From assembly GCA_012295275.1 (NCBI GenBank), contig CM022665.1:35092001-35156000 (forward strand): 64,000 nucleotides of DNA, written 5' to 3'. A program made the position numbers and the translations under genes. Position 1 is the first letter of the stretch. Each line of letters begins with the position of its first letter. Under the pieces are notes generated by a model. It was given only the letters and a program-made list of their open reading frames with translations. It did no database searches and was not told the origin of the DNA. Positions 27,887 to 41,489 of the stretch are shown here, piece by piece. The DNA is from Chrysomallon squamiferum. Taxonomy: Eukaryota > Animalia > Mollusca.

Positions 27887-29034
27887 ATTTCTAAGAAATT
27901 GTTTGATCTTGCATTGCCTGCCCATAGACTGTTTAACATGAAAAATTATTATATAATTATCTAAGACATTCTCTGTCATGACGTTATTATTTTTCCAATT
28001 TTATTATTACTTTTTTTTTACTTCCAAATTTTAAATATTCAGAAATTCCATGTAAGGTTTTGTCACAAATTTGAGGCAAAAATAATGTTTATAGTATTTT
28101 CAAAATTGTTTCCAGTTATTCCTAATGGATCCCCCCACACACAAAAAAAGCACCCCAGCTGTTTTGATTTAACATTAGCTGGAATGTTGCCCATATAGTA
28201 AAAAGCAAATAGTACTGTGTGACTCAGTTAGCACTGAAAAATTTTCTTTTCTGCTTACTAACCTATACTCCAAAAGCAAAAGAAGTACACTAAACTGAAA
28301 ATGTTAGCTATATAAAATTTGATTGAATATTAGCATTTGTAAATATATCACTATTATTATTTGATCTAATTGACTTCAATGATTTTACACATTTTTTATA
28401 TATATATTTTTTATCACCAAAGACATTTAATACCATACAAAACAGACAGGAGAGGTCAGATCAACCCATTAAAACAAATACATTGACGAGAATAGATTAT
28501 TTGATACCTATAAGAATTAAACAGATATTAATGAATGTTCTTTTTATGTTATTGTTTGATACATATGAATCATAAAGTAGTTTGTGCTACAGTATGTAAG
28601 CACAAAATAACTTGTAATGTGGTATCCAACATGGATTTACATTTTACGTAATGTCCAGACAATATTTATAGCTTTAAAATTCTTTGCCTTTACTATAACT
28701 TGTGCTTTGATATTAATTCTTCATTACTCAGACATTTTTAAATAAAGAAATTAGACAACTTTTAATTTGTATTTAAAACGTATGATTTATTTAATCATTT
28801 TGTTATTTCACTGAAAGGGGATACTTCTTGTAAGATTTTGAAGTGTCTGATTCAATTGTTACCTATAACTGTATGTTTTGGTACATTTCCTGTTTCTTTT
28901 TTTTTTTTTTTTGTTTATAGATTTGATTAATACAAATTAAATGTGAATTGTCTGTGATAATTGCTTTTTAATTTCTATTTATGTCCATGCTTGATAAAAA
29001 TATAAAAAATGTTGCTGTATTTATTGTACTTTAG

Positions 29035-29086
29035 AATAAAGCCATTTAATATTTGAAAATGTAATGTCCTTTTTTCTTATAATAAA
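29035..29086 (+). terminator. Candidate CEP290 polyadenylation signals
   Basis: AATAAA at 29035 followed by a GT/T-rich tract, another at 29081 (also 28741). The motif is common at this AT content, so support is weak. Confidence 0.35.
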
Positions 29087-30466
29087 AAATGCCAACATCT
29101 GAATCTACAAGCATCAAATACAATACAACAAAACAAACATCAAATTTTTTTTTTGTTGGCAAACTGACACTAGTTATTTAACTACTGTGTAAGTGTCTCA
29201 GTAGAAATGTTTCTTAAATATATTTTTGGTGGTTTAAAGTGAAAAAATGGATTTTGCAGTAATAATAAAAACCAGTTCAAGAAGAATAAGCATCTAATGC
29301 ATGTTTTAAATAATTTCACATTTAAAAAATTATTTAATGGTTCAGCAATGCAATTTATAGACATCATAGTATATCTCTGTTTCAGACACATCACAAAAGA
29401 TTGCTCCCAAGGACCTTTCTAAAACTGCATGGTGAAAACAAAATGTACAATTTTTAAATATATTCCCAGGGTTTTTTATTATTACAATGTAATTTGGAAT
29501 ACCTTATATCGTATTGAAAAGAAGTCTAGAATATGTCCAATATGCCATTGTACAAATTTATATTAAACTTAATCATAAACTTTTGTGAATGTTTTATTGT
29601 TTCAAGTCAGTTATTAAATATATTTAGTTAGTGGGCGTTACAGGGTTTTTTTTGTTTGTTAATTTTTTTGATAGAATTATTGCTTTATTACCCCATAAAT
29701 TTGTTAACAACTGAAGATCTAAGGGTTTTATTTGTAGAATGTATCCCTAGACTTATACCAATAATAAATAATAAAAGTAAATATATCTGTGTACTACATT
29801 CATTATCTTTTTTCATGCATGCTATCTTTTTACAAACACTCATTCCCAGGTGCTTTTTTTTAATTAATTTTTTTTTTGGCAGTATTCAATTCTGTGCAGC
29901 AAGCATCTTTTCAAAATCAGGAGATTTGAGTTTACAGTCAAGGCCACTCATTTCAGAGACAAACTATATCTGATACAAAACAATCACTACATCGACAGAA
30001 ACTGCATCTTGTACTGGTGTCAGCATAGATTTTATTTCATTTAAAGAGATTCAGAATGCGAGAATTTTGTTGGTGTCAATCCCAGCCTGAAGTGTGTGAA
30101 GGATGACACTGAATTGTATGTAGCATTTTCAGCTTTATTCATAATTGTTTAAAAAAAAAAAAATTATTCCTGACAATAAAAATTTCTTAGTAATTAAACT
30201 GAACAACAAAAGATGAAGACAATTCATTTTTTGAAATCTTTTATACAAAAATGTGTGATTGTGACACGGAAATGAATGGAAAAGTGCTTTTTTTTATTAT
30301 CACTAACAGTTGTATAACAACATGAACTAACTTCCATTTTCACAGAAGAAAATAAAAAAAAATAAAATAAAGGACAAATTTTCACAAGATCTGCAAGTAA
30401 TAACGTCAGCAGACATACAAAAAAACAAAGCAAAGCCTGTAATAGTCAAAAGCGAGAAAATGTGTT

Positions 30467-33400
30467 TTAGAAACCATTGTCTGGTACACGTTGTCTTGGT
30501 GCAGCTTTGATGATGTTGTCCACCCTCAGGATCATTTCTGCTGCCTCTGCACCACTAATCAACATTTGTCGCTTGACCTGGTAAGATTCAGTGATACCAA
30601 GTTTCTCCATATCATTCACTTCACCCAGCTCCATGTCTGAATCCAAAAATATTATTAACTACATACTGAATATAAGAAATATTTATTTTAATGTTTTAGA
30701 GTTAATATCAAAATAATATTGGTTATATGTGCTTTTTCCTATATTTTTCATATTCATGAAAATATTTTTAAAAAATTACAGTATGACATTTCTTATTAAT
30801 TCTTGATGTTATATATATAAATCGCAAACTGAAGAATAGTTCTATTTTATATATGCATTAAAAAGAAAATCGTCACTTGAAAAGGAGGAATGAAATTAAA
30901 GCAATGAACACTTTAGTTTTCACAAACACACAAGTAAAAAAAAGAAGAAAAAGAGCCACACCTAGACCCATATTGTGTTTTCCTTCTGTATGACAAGCTC
31001 TGAGTTCTGAGATGAGAGCAGCACTATCATATCCTCCATTGTCAGCAACAGTTATTGGCAGCTAGATAAAATAAACGTATCATGCTGACATTAATACAGA
31101 ACATGTAAATTATTTTCAGCTTGGTATTAGTTAAAATGTTAACCATAAAAAACAAAATGTTATTTAAACAATAAAATAAGTACTTAATGTCTGATATATT
31201 AATATTATGGTCATGAATGTTTCAAGAAATGTAATATATTTAAGTAAATATAAAATTTAATGAAGTCAATTATTTATCTTGGTTTTATAGATTAAAAAAG
31301 TTCTGTCCAGTTGTAATATTAGCCATTATAAAGATGTCGTATATTAAAAAAAATATGTACCATTCTCAGTGCTTTGGCAAATGATTCCATAGCTACTGCT
31401 TCCTTGCCAGGAGTTTTTGCAGCCAATTTTGATACAGCATCAGCCATCAACATTTCTGCACTCCCTGCATTAACATGAGAACATTTTTGGCTGTTCAGTA
31501 TATCTTCAGTGTTAACACAATGTTAAGCATGCAAGAATATTTAACCAGAATAAATCAAAGAAAATTATTTATCAATAAGTTTTTTCTTCTTAATTTTCAA
31601 AACAAAATAAATGGATAAAATATTGAGCTAAAGTTTTTCTTTTTATAAAGAATACCTTTCTAACATTTTTATGTAACATTTTACAAATCCTACAATAAAA
31701 TTCTCAAATAATGTAAAGAATGGTCCTATCACTTTTAAACTGACGACTTCCTCTTTTTGTTTTCCTTTTTTTCTTTTTTCAGTAACATTTAGAAAGATAC
31801 CTACCTCCACCATAGACAGTGCGAGTTTCTTTAACAGTCTGAGACAACACACACAGAGCATCATGAAGTGATCGTTCAGCTTCATCTAGGATTTGTTTTG
31901 TTGCTCCGCGTAGCACAATAGTACATGCTTCTCCAAGAGCCACACCTGTAGGAGAAACAATAATAACAATCAGGGTAATTCTAAACTTTTCACTACAATA
32001 TAGTGGACATAAACACAATTTTTTAACATTTTTTAAACGAGCATCTAAATGGCCTGATTCTGCTTTAACTATGGAGCATTACTGCAAGAGTTAATTTTGA
32101 AAAACATTTAAAATGTCAGTAACATTTAATACAAATACCACATTAATGATAATAAAATGGATATTGTCAAATTCTATAAGGAATTTGCATCACATATTTG
32201 CATGGCTACAGGTTGTTACTTTATTTTTTCTCACACCCCACTATCCTTATTGACAAGTCTGTCCTAACTGCATTATGGCTGAAGATTTTGGCACAAACTT
32301 TTTAAAATTATGTGCTTTGGACTTTTGGATTTTGTTAACATTTAAATATCATTAGGTGACATTTGTATCATAACAATTTAAAAAGTATTTAATCTTTACA
32401 TGGATTTATACATCTATTAACAATGTTCTGTCAAGAAAATAAAAATAAAATTTACCTGAAAATTTTAGAAGTTTGTCTTCACCAATCATTACTTCTTCAA
32501 TGAGGTCACAGGTTCCTAGTTTCACTTGATCAGGTGCATCAAAAGTTGACACAATCTCTCCACCTGAAATAAAAAAATGTATTAATATAATAAACAGCAA
32601 AAGAAAAAACTTTTCTATTGTGTAATTATGTGAATTCTCAACCTTATGTATTATCTCAAAAAAAAAGACAAGCAACATTTTAAATGGTAGATAGGAATAA
32701 ATAACCTTCAGTTATGAATACATAACTGTTACAGTAAAACCTTTTAAGTATTGTAAGAAAAATAGACACACACAAAAAAAAGAAGAAAAAAAGGGTTACA
32801 CATTTTGGTGACATACCTGTAACCAATGCTAGACGTTCTACACCTTCGAAGTCTGCATGTTCAATGGCAACAACACCGGCATCTGCAAACAGCTGTTCAG
32901 GGTAGTTGTAGATTAATTGTCTGTACAATGAAACAGCATTATTAAACAACAGATCTCAGAAAAAGAATATAGTAACAGTAAATTAACTGGAAAAAAATGT
33001 ATATAAAATATATTAAAGAAAACGTAACAAAACATTTTATGACATAAGATAAAAATATGTTTGTATGGCTAATTTACCAATGAAATAAATAATTTAACAG
33101 TTGAAAAATGGAAACTGAATGTCTTTTGGTTATACAAATTATTTAGAACTATTTTTAGTTTTGTTTGCTGGGACTGCCACTAATGATTAGGGGTTAATAT
33201 CAGTATTTAAACCAAATCAAAACTATGAAAGTAATAGTTAAGAACAGTATTTGTTTACCTGTTGATAAAAACATTGCAGCCATGTTTAATTATCTTTGCT
33301 ACTTTGTCTTTCATTTTTTCTTTTTCTGCAAGTTCCAACTCAGCTACTTTTGAAACTGCATCAACTCTAACCCTGGAACCAAATACCTAAAAAAGAATGT

Positions 33401-34366
33401 TTATAAGATTAGTTTTTTTTAATTAAGATAATTTCTAAATCTCAATTTTTTTATAGAATTTTATGTTCTAATAGTTTACCGATATTTAGCATGGTGTTTT
33501 TATAAATTCAGTATGCTATTTCATTTGTAAATTTTAAATTATTTAATCATTATTCAGAATGTTAATGAAAAATCATAAATTAAAGAGATCACGTTGTCAA
33601 AGTGTTGACACACCTTTTGAGATTTTATTTTATGTATACAGTGGTACCTTGATGCACGAATTTAATTTGTTCCATGACAGACCTCGTAACTCAAATTTGC
33701 TCATATATCAAATCAATTTTCCCAAATGAAATTAACTGAAATACCATTAATCCATTCCAGCCCCCCAAAAACAATCCAATTTTTTGTAAAGTGTGTTTAA
33801 ATAAGAAAAATGTATTTATAAATCACAAATATGGCATAAAAACAAAATAAAACAGAATGTAAAGAAATAAATTGGTTTTGTAAAATGTACAGGGTTAGGG
33901 CTCTCCATCTTTTCATGGACAGATGTCCTAAGCTTAGAAATTATTTTAACACCTTTGGCTGGACTTACAGCCTTTATCAACTCCTACTTCAGTATGATAC
34001 ATTATCATAAAAGTACTATGCTCATGTTTTTCTATGAATTCAAGCTTTAATTCAATGGACATCATCCACTTCTTCTTCTCAGCACTGTCCTTTGCACTAA
34101 GTTTTTTTAGGATCCATAGACATTTGGCAAAATACTGCATAAAACTGAGCACAACACAACAGAGATGCTTCGACAGCAAGGTAACCATGTTAAGCAAACA
34201 AATAAGGTATGGAATACTGGGCAGATGTTGTGTTGTTAATTGTGCTAATTAGAGGCAGCATATCTGAAGTTCACTCGTAACTCAAAGCAAAAAATCACCC
34301 ACGTCAGCTGGTCATAACTCGGAAAACTCAGAAGTTGGAGCAATTATAACTCAAGGTACCACTGTG

Positions 34367-34412
<46 letters not shown>

Positions 34413-37400
34413 CACACACATACACATATATATATACATATAACAATTGTTAGTTGAATTTTTTTTTTTCAATAGTATTGCTAAACAATCTTACAAGAGA
34501 AAACCAAAACATGAATTAGGAAAAAATATTCAGAAGTAATAAAAAGAAGTCACAACTACAAACAAAACATAAAAAATTTCATACTTTAATTTTATCAGCA
34601 TCCATTGACGTATTAGCAATCAAGATTTTAGCATTCTCCACTCGCTTTGGTTGATGGACTCCAATTTTTTTATCAAGAAGAAATCCTTTAAAAAAAACGT
34701 ATATATCCATAATCATTTAAATGTTAGTGTAATGTGTCACAATTAATTAAACTGGACTCCTGCAAGATACATTATTAAAAAAATTCATTTTAAAACACTA
34801 CATGTAAACATACCTTCATCCAAGTAAGAATCCTGCAATCGACTTCCAAGTTTTTTTAGTACTTGAATAGCATCCAGATTTCCACTACCCTGAAAACAAT
34901 TATTGTAATTGTTTTTCATATATTAGTATGATTCTGTGAGGACACATGAATTCACTTGAAGCTACAAGCTTTCAAATAAGCCAGTATAAATGCATTTCAT
35001 TAAAGAAACCTTACTGAATATGTATTAAAAATAAAATACAAAATAGACAAAAAAATTAATTTCAATATAAGCTATTAATGTTTTCTGTTTTGTTTATGCC
35101 ATATTTCAAATCATAAATACAACTAAATGAACCACAGTGAACTTTAAGATTTTTTCAAGAATTCAATATTTAAAATAAGGCAGAAACACTTATTTAAACA
35201 AACCTTGAGTCGAAGAACTGCCTCTACTGCAAGATTAGAGAAATGGTCCTTGTACTGTGTTAAAATCTTGGAGCTCAAAGTTGTTCTGGCAATGTTCATC
35301 AGATCCTGGCGGAATTTTACAGGATCATTACTATGAAATAAAAGCAAATATTTTCTTATTATTATTACAGTTTCCAGTGCATTATATCTTTAATATTTTA
35401 TTTTAAAAAATGTTCAGTATATTTTACCCAAAAGTAAGAAAAGCAGTGAATTCATTCAAAATTTAAAAATGAAATAAGTAAAAAGAAAAGAGAAATACTG
35501 GGATTTTTTTTTTGTTTATCTAGGTTTAAAAGTATTCTAAATGGTTCGTTTAAATTTCACCACAAAACATTTTGTTTTCAAATTTAAATCATACTTATTA
35601 AATTCAGTGGGGTTTTGAAAAAAAATTACAATTACCCGTTATCTTTAGCTGCATTGCTGAGAACTCTGCGTGCTTCATCAACAGATTTTCTCCATCCACT
35701 TATTATTGTCTGTGGATGTAACTTCTGGGCAATCAGAAGTTCTGCTTCCTACAACACAAAATAATACAACGAGGAAACATTTTATATCTTCAGTTATTAC
35801 AGACATCAGGTGAAAAAACAACATTTTGTTTAATATTTATGGGACCAAGTTGAATATTGCAAAGTATAGCAAATATTAACAACAGTCTGAAATCAGATTA
35901 AAACAAAAATACAATTAACAATTTAACTTTAAAAGATTTACCTTCAATAATTCACAGGCCAGAACAACTACAGAAGTGGTTCCATCTCCAACTTCATCAT
36001 CTTGAACTTTTGAAATGTCTAAAATGAAAATAAATATGGTCAGAGAAATCAAATTCTTAAACCAAATATTGATAATCAGAATCACAAAATAAGAAATTCA
36101 GCAACAAAATATAATTTGTTTATTCACTGCAAAGGTAATAAAAATTAGTCAGACACATTTTTGTCTTGTATTTATAACACTAAAATAATTTGTATTGGCA
36201 TTTTGAGACAAACATTTCCTAGACATAAAAGAAGAAAGAAAAAGTCAACAATTATTTCCATAGTACTTACCAACAAGAACTTTAGCAGCAGGGTTATCCA
36301 CACCAATGGCCTTCAGAATTGTTGCCCCATCATTAGTAACTTGGATACCTTCAGAACTGCCTTGTAAAATCTTGTCCTGAAATTGAACAGTTAATATTCT
36401 GTTTGGTACATCAATTTTAAATAAAGGAAATTCAGTCATCATAAATACGTGTATAAAATGATACTACAGACAAACACATACCATTCCCTTTGGTCCCAGT
36501 GTAGATTTAACCAAGTCACCAATGGCTATGGCACCAACAAATGAGGACTGAAATTAAAAAAAATATTGACTTTTTACCAGTGCACAAATATGGATCACAG
36601 ATGATTTCTGAATTACTTCTACAACAATGACATTTATATTTCAAATCTTACAAAACCATATATTTGAAAATCATGTAATGCAAGATGTTTCTTGTAATTA
36701 TACCAACCAGAACTTGTAATGCAAATTAGTCATTAAAAACAAACGAATTCCAATTTCACTAACAAAGTCAGTGTCAGATTTATGTATATTAAAAAATTAA
36801 CATTTAAAGGAAAGGTGAGGGGGGATTATAATAATTCTAAAATATGTAACAGTATATGATAAATTATCAATGAACTTGCCAGTCGAGCTGTCTCTGCCTT
36901 CTCCTCTTCTGCTCCACTTTTGAAGATCTGTACAGGATTGAGTGAAAACTAAAAAAAAATAAGTGGTTAATGGACATGCCCAATGTAAATAATTTTAAAT
37001 TAGACAACACATACAAAAACAACCCACAAAAAACTGCCATGATTGTGATTCTTGTGCAAGTTGTAATTTATTCTTGCACTTCAAAAAATATCAAGTGAGC
37101 ATTTGAAAAGTTTTAATCCATTAATCTGTTAATTAAGTTCTACTTCTTTTAATATTTGATGAATAATTTGTAAATTTATATAACTGTAGATGTGAATTAA
37201 TTAAACATTTAATGAACACACCAAACAGAAGTCATTCAAAACGATCTACATGATTGCTGGAAACTCCCAACAACTGACAGGCCATCTTAGACAGTTTGGT
37301 GCAAGGAAAACTGATTCACTTATCCATGCACTATAAATAATACATTGTAATACTGTGTTCTTGCCAAAATTTCATTCCAACATGGTGTTATCATGTATTT

Positions 37401-38685
37401 CTGCTGTTTCTTGCTTTATTTATTCCATTCAAATTTTTTAAATATACTGTTGTATTTTATGTACTCCCTTTTCCCTCCTTTCAAGCTAATTTTGTGCTTT
37501 TCACACACTTTTTTATAACTTCATGAAAGATTGTACTTCATTCCACTATATAATGCAAGTAGGTATTTTTGGCTAAATTTTTGCTTTGTGTTTATTGGAA
37601 GTGTCAGCTTTTTCTTGCTAGATATTTGCTATCTTCAGATGTCCATCAGTTGAAGAAATGAGTTTGACTGTTGGTTCCTTGGGCTTGCACATTATAAACC
37701 TCATTCATGAAGAGCTGGTCCTTCTCATTGATGTCTTAGGATTCCAAGTCATATACATCATGCAATAAGACTGAAACATTTAGTCTAGTGTGAAGTTATA
37801 TAGCAAATCACTGAGTTTATCAACAAGGCAGCTAACTTTCTGCGATTTCCATTTCATTCTCAGCTTCAATATGTCATTCTCAAACTTGCAATTATTTGTC
37901 CATCCAAAAATCGTCTTGTGTGGTTCTTTTGACACTGTTCAAATTGAGGTGGACAATCCTTCTACATGACATATGAATTAAATAAGTGTGACCGATGTGA
38001 GCACCACACAATACTATCTCATATTTCCTGCACTGCATGCAGAATGACTGGATTAACAGAATGAAGTTTTTTCACAATTGCACCATTCTGATCATCTTGC
38101 CAAACTGAAAAAATACATTGGTGACTCTGATGATTAAAATCGTTGTAAGGCACACCAACCAAAATCTAAAGCAGACTTGGCAGCAGAAATTTGCCTTTTC
38201 CTTGTCCCTGATGCCAACATGGCTGCGTACCCAACAAAAAATATTATTATTATTGGCATCAGATAACATGATACACTTTCGTATCACCAACCCAATTAAG
38301 GGATGCTCGAATTTATGTGCTGTAAAGTATGAAGACATGAAAGTGAGTTTGTGAAAATAATGTATTTGGATGCAAAGGCTTTAAGAACTGACTAAAATTC
38401 AGCAGCGAAAACATACCTACCTTATTTAACGATCATAATATATTTTACTATGTATAATATTTAAGGACATTTTATTACTATTTATATATGAACAAATTGC
38501 TTTCTGCGTTTTCATTCATTCACACATTTATTCAATCATTGGGCGATTGGCACGATTGTAATGTCAAAATGAAAAATGAAAACCACGTGAACTAACACAA
38601 CACAGAAATTCGATTCCGTATATAATTTCAATTACAACAATGCATGTAAACATTTACTATGTTTTTATTTTTAGACACCTACCAT
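30467..38685 (-). CDS. CCT2: T-complex protein 1 subunit beta (chaperonin CCT/TRiC subunit 2), complete, 16 exons, 530 aa
   Basis: Exons (minus strand): 38685-38683 (ATG only, donor GTAGGT), 36948-36880, 36547-36482, 36376-36271, 36018-35942, 35748-35636, 35330-35204, 34889-34814, 34685-34585, 33386-33259, 32920-32817, 32563-32456, 31945-31805, 31464-31361, 31061-30962, 30636-30467 (TAA). Lengths sum to 1593 nt in frame. Motifs: [91 protein letters not shown]. The position of exon 1 is inferred and less certain than the rest. Confidence 0.97.
33639..34364 (-). mobile_element. Internally deleted Tigger/pogo-type (Tc1/mariner superfamily) DNA transposon in CCT2 intron 9
   Basis: 14-bp perfect TIRs CAGTGGTACCTTGA...TCAAGGTACCACTG, TA on the left, TG(TA)n on the right. 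The minus strand retains a broken N-terminal CENP-B-type HTH transposase: [29 protein letters not shown] and, in another frame, [30 protein letters not shown]. Confidence 0.9.
34365..34441. repeat. Compound (TA)n/(CA)n microsatellite abutting the transposon end
   Basis: tatatatatatacacacacacac... directly after the right TIR. Confidence 0.95.
37900..38405 (-). mobile_element. Degraded non-LTR retrotransposon (LINE) 3' fragment with RNase H domain, in CCT2 intron 1
   Basis: Minus-strand peptides [41 protein letters not shown] (compare WVPSHVGIxGNEKAD of LINE RNase HI) and [13 protein letters not shown] (compare LxRxRIGHT), interrupted by frameshifts. Confidence 0.85.
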
Positions 38686-38732
38686 ATTTAAAAGATGGTT
38701 TGCAAATATTTTCTTTTGAAATATTTGAAAAT

Positions 38733-38747
38733 TGTCTAGAAGATTCT
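38733..38747. promoter_or_regulatory. Candidate heat-shock element ~50 nt upstream of the CCT2 ATG
   Basis: tGTCt-aGAAg-aTTCt: three alternating nGAAn units with one mismatch, in a CpG-containing promoter-like region of a chaperonin gene. Confidence 0.45.
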
Positions 38748-39189
38748 ATGGTAGGCAAGCATGCAGTCAACTGGTCTCTTAACTCAGTGTTGCGCCGTAT
38801 TGAAGTTTCTTCTTTATTTAATTCCTCCTTCGTTGGAGAACATTGAAGTTTTTGAGTTGTAGCCTTTTCAATTATACAAGTTAATGAGTAGTTCCTTTAT
38901 TTATATTGTAGATGTGAATGAAAAAAATAAATGGTTCTTCATAAATAAGCTTATAAATAAAATATCCACATATTCATTGTAATGTAAAAGTACTGGAAAG
39001 AGATAAAAAGTTCACTTGCGAAGCAATAAAATTAAAAATTAACTACTATATGATACAATATGATCATACAACAAACCTATTTGTGAATTTTTGATGGCAA
39101 AGAAAATGTCAGATTATTTCTGTTAGAACACTGGGTATAATATTATTCTTTTCTGTGAGAAAGTTAATAAATTAATCAAAACTTTTAAT

Positions 39190-39345
39190 GAATAAAATAA
39201 TAATTAATAGAAAGAAAGAAAGAAAATAATAATAATAATATATATAATACAATAAATGAAATAAAATAATAATTAATAGAAAGAAAGAAAGAAAATAATA
39301 GTAATAATAATATATATATATAATACAATAAATGAAATAAAATAA
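39190..39345. repeat. ~75-bp A-rich tandem duplication
   Basis: aataaaataataattaatagaaagaaagaaagaaaataata...tatataatacaataaatga occurs twice in tandem. Confidence 0.85.
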
Positions 39346-39571
39346 ATATATTTAAAAAAATAATAGTAATAAAAATAAATAAAATAAAATAAAATCGAAT
39401 GGAACTGTTCTTCATACTGATTGTGTTACTGAGTTTTGAAGTCAAACCTGGAGATAAAAACGGAACAAACGACGACCGTTTAAAAACACATTAATTAAGC
39501 AACATATTTACCCGATAGTCTGTTTGTTACTCAGTCTTATAAAAAAAATTATTTTCCTTTCAACATCAATG

Positions 39572-39602
<31 letters not shown>

Positions 39603-39845
39603 CCTACTCTTTTAGCCGGGAGAAAAAAAAAAGCTGTTTGTAGACCGTAATATTATATATATATATACCAACCACTGCATCTGTCTGAAAATTTGTTGCT
39701 AAGTTCATGTAGTGTATAAATGTAAATTTACTTCTTCGACTGAGTCCCAAATTTTTTACACGTCTGAAGGCAAGAATGCACGTACCATGATCTAAATGCC
39801 CCTATTTTTTCCTTTTTATTTTGTTTTTTCTTTTTAAACTAATTC

Positions 39846-39846
<1 letters not shown>

Positions 39847-39900
<54 letters not shown>
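39847..39900. repeat. (TTA)n microsatellite
   Basis: Pure trinucleotide run. Confidence 0.95.
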
Positions 39901-39901
<1 letters not shown>

Positions 39902-40154
39902 ACCTTTTTATTTTTATTTTTTCGGAGATAAAAGCGTCGATAATTTTCTTTGTAATCATGGTTATTGATCCGGACGCAGACCATCTGTGTATTCAAATTA
40001 AAACGTCTTCATGAATAACAGAGTAATGTTGTCCAATTTTAAACCACTAATGTGCACTGTCACATTAATTTACCATTTTGAAATTTCGGATGTTCCTAAT
40101 CAATTGCTTGAATAATGAAGTTATTTGCGGACAAAATGGAGAGGCATAATTTTA

Positions 40155-40185
<31 letters not shown>

Positions 40186-40194
40186 TTTATTTTA

Positions 40195-40199
<5 letters not shown>

Positions 40200-40244
<45 letters not shown>
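40200..40244. repeat. (GT)n microsatellite
   Basis: Pure dinucleotide run. Confidence 0.95.
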
Positions 40245-40245
<1 letters not shown>

Positions 40246-40995
40246 TTACGAGAATGCCGTATCGTGTATTATTAAAGAAAATTTAATTATGTTTTGTGAA
40301 GATGCGCAGCCGTAGAGAAATAAATAAAACAAAACCAAAAAGATACAGTAAACATTATTGTATTTAAGTTTACATTCAAACAGTCTAAATTTGAATTAGA
40401 TATAACTTTATGAATAAATGAAACATGAATAATTCGAAAAACAATACCATTTTAACTGAAAGAAAATGATTATATCAAAGACCGTTCATAGTATTAGTAT
40501 GTGTTTATATATTATTAATGGATATTTTATATATTATTAATTTTTATTTTATTTATTTAAAGAACACTGGAAATAAAATAGAACCGAAACAGCTGTTTCC
40601 TACTTAGGATCGAATATCTTGGTTGATGCATTGGACTGTATCCCGTTCGAGATAGTACTCTTATATTTCTATGACGAATATAAAATATTTTATCATTTCC
40701 CTAAATAATTAAGTTGATAACATATGTAGTTCACATTGTGGTGGCTAAATGATTCCGCTTTTTATATGAAACTAAATTATCATATATTTTACATTTAACA
40801 GTTTAATTAAATAAACTGAATAAAAAAATTAACTTGATAATTTTTCACATACTAAGCAGCTTGAACTGTGTATATATAAAATTTACACACTTCGAGTTAA
40901 TCGTTGTATGAATGTTTGAAAGGACAGTATATAAATATTATATATAATATGAAATAAAAATTACATTCTTTCTTTGATCAACTTTTATTCTTTAA

Positions 40996-41028
<33 letters not shown>

Positions 41029-41456
41029 AATAGATAATTTTACTTTTTTTTTTTTTTTTTTTAATTAAATAAATAAATAATAAAATTTAAAAAAATATAA
41101 AAACAAACAAAAGCATTCCTCATTTCTTTCTTGGCAAAACTTTTTTCTCCCACTCTTTAATTTCCCCACTCGAACCATGCCTTTTTTTCAATTTATACGA
41201 TTATCCAATTACTTCATTTTAAACCTTAAGTTCTCAGTCCGCTGAACATTTATAGATAACGCTTGTGTTTTGTGTGTGCCATAAACCTTAAAAATACCTC
41301 ATGTTATCATCGTTGAATATCTGTTACTGCACTAAATCCTGTTTTTATCTGTCACTGGATACAAACGTTACTCTTGTCAGAGACGTGGTAGCGCGTGGCT
41401 CAGAATATCTTCGCGGTTACCGCTAGTGTCTGGTGAAAGACGAATGATTCTCACAA

Positions 41457-41489
41457 ATGGAAGGCGTACCACAAAGCACTTTTGGGCGC
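41457..41489 (+). CDS. Candidate alternative first coding exon of an unidentified gene (MEGVPQSTFGR)
   Basis: CpG-rich patch 41375-41490, aaATGg start, consensus donor GTAAGT at 41490, phase 0. No homology recognised. Confidence 0.3.

Noticed and set aside
27884-28100. CEP290 TGA as selenocysteine or readthrough codon
   Set aside because: It falls at the expected C-terminus, lacks a readthrough context, and no SECIS is evident.
30637-38682. Intronic snoRNAs in CCT2 (CCT genes often host them)
   Set aside because: No convincing C/D box pair with terminal stem or H/ACA double hairpin seen by eye. An Infernal/Rfam scan would be needed to exclude them.
426-38685. U12-type (minor spliceosome) introns
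   Set aside because: No donor read as RTATCCTT; all junctions are GT-AG apart from one GC-AG.
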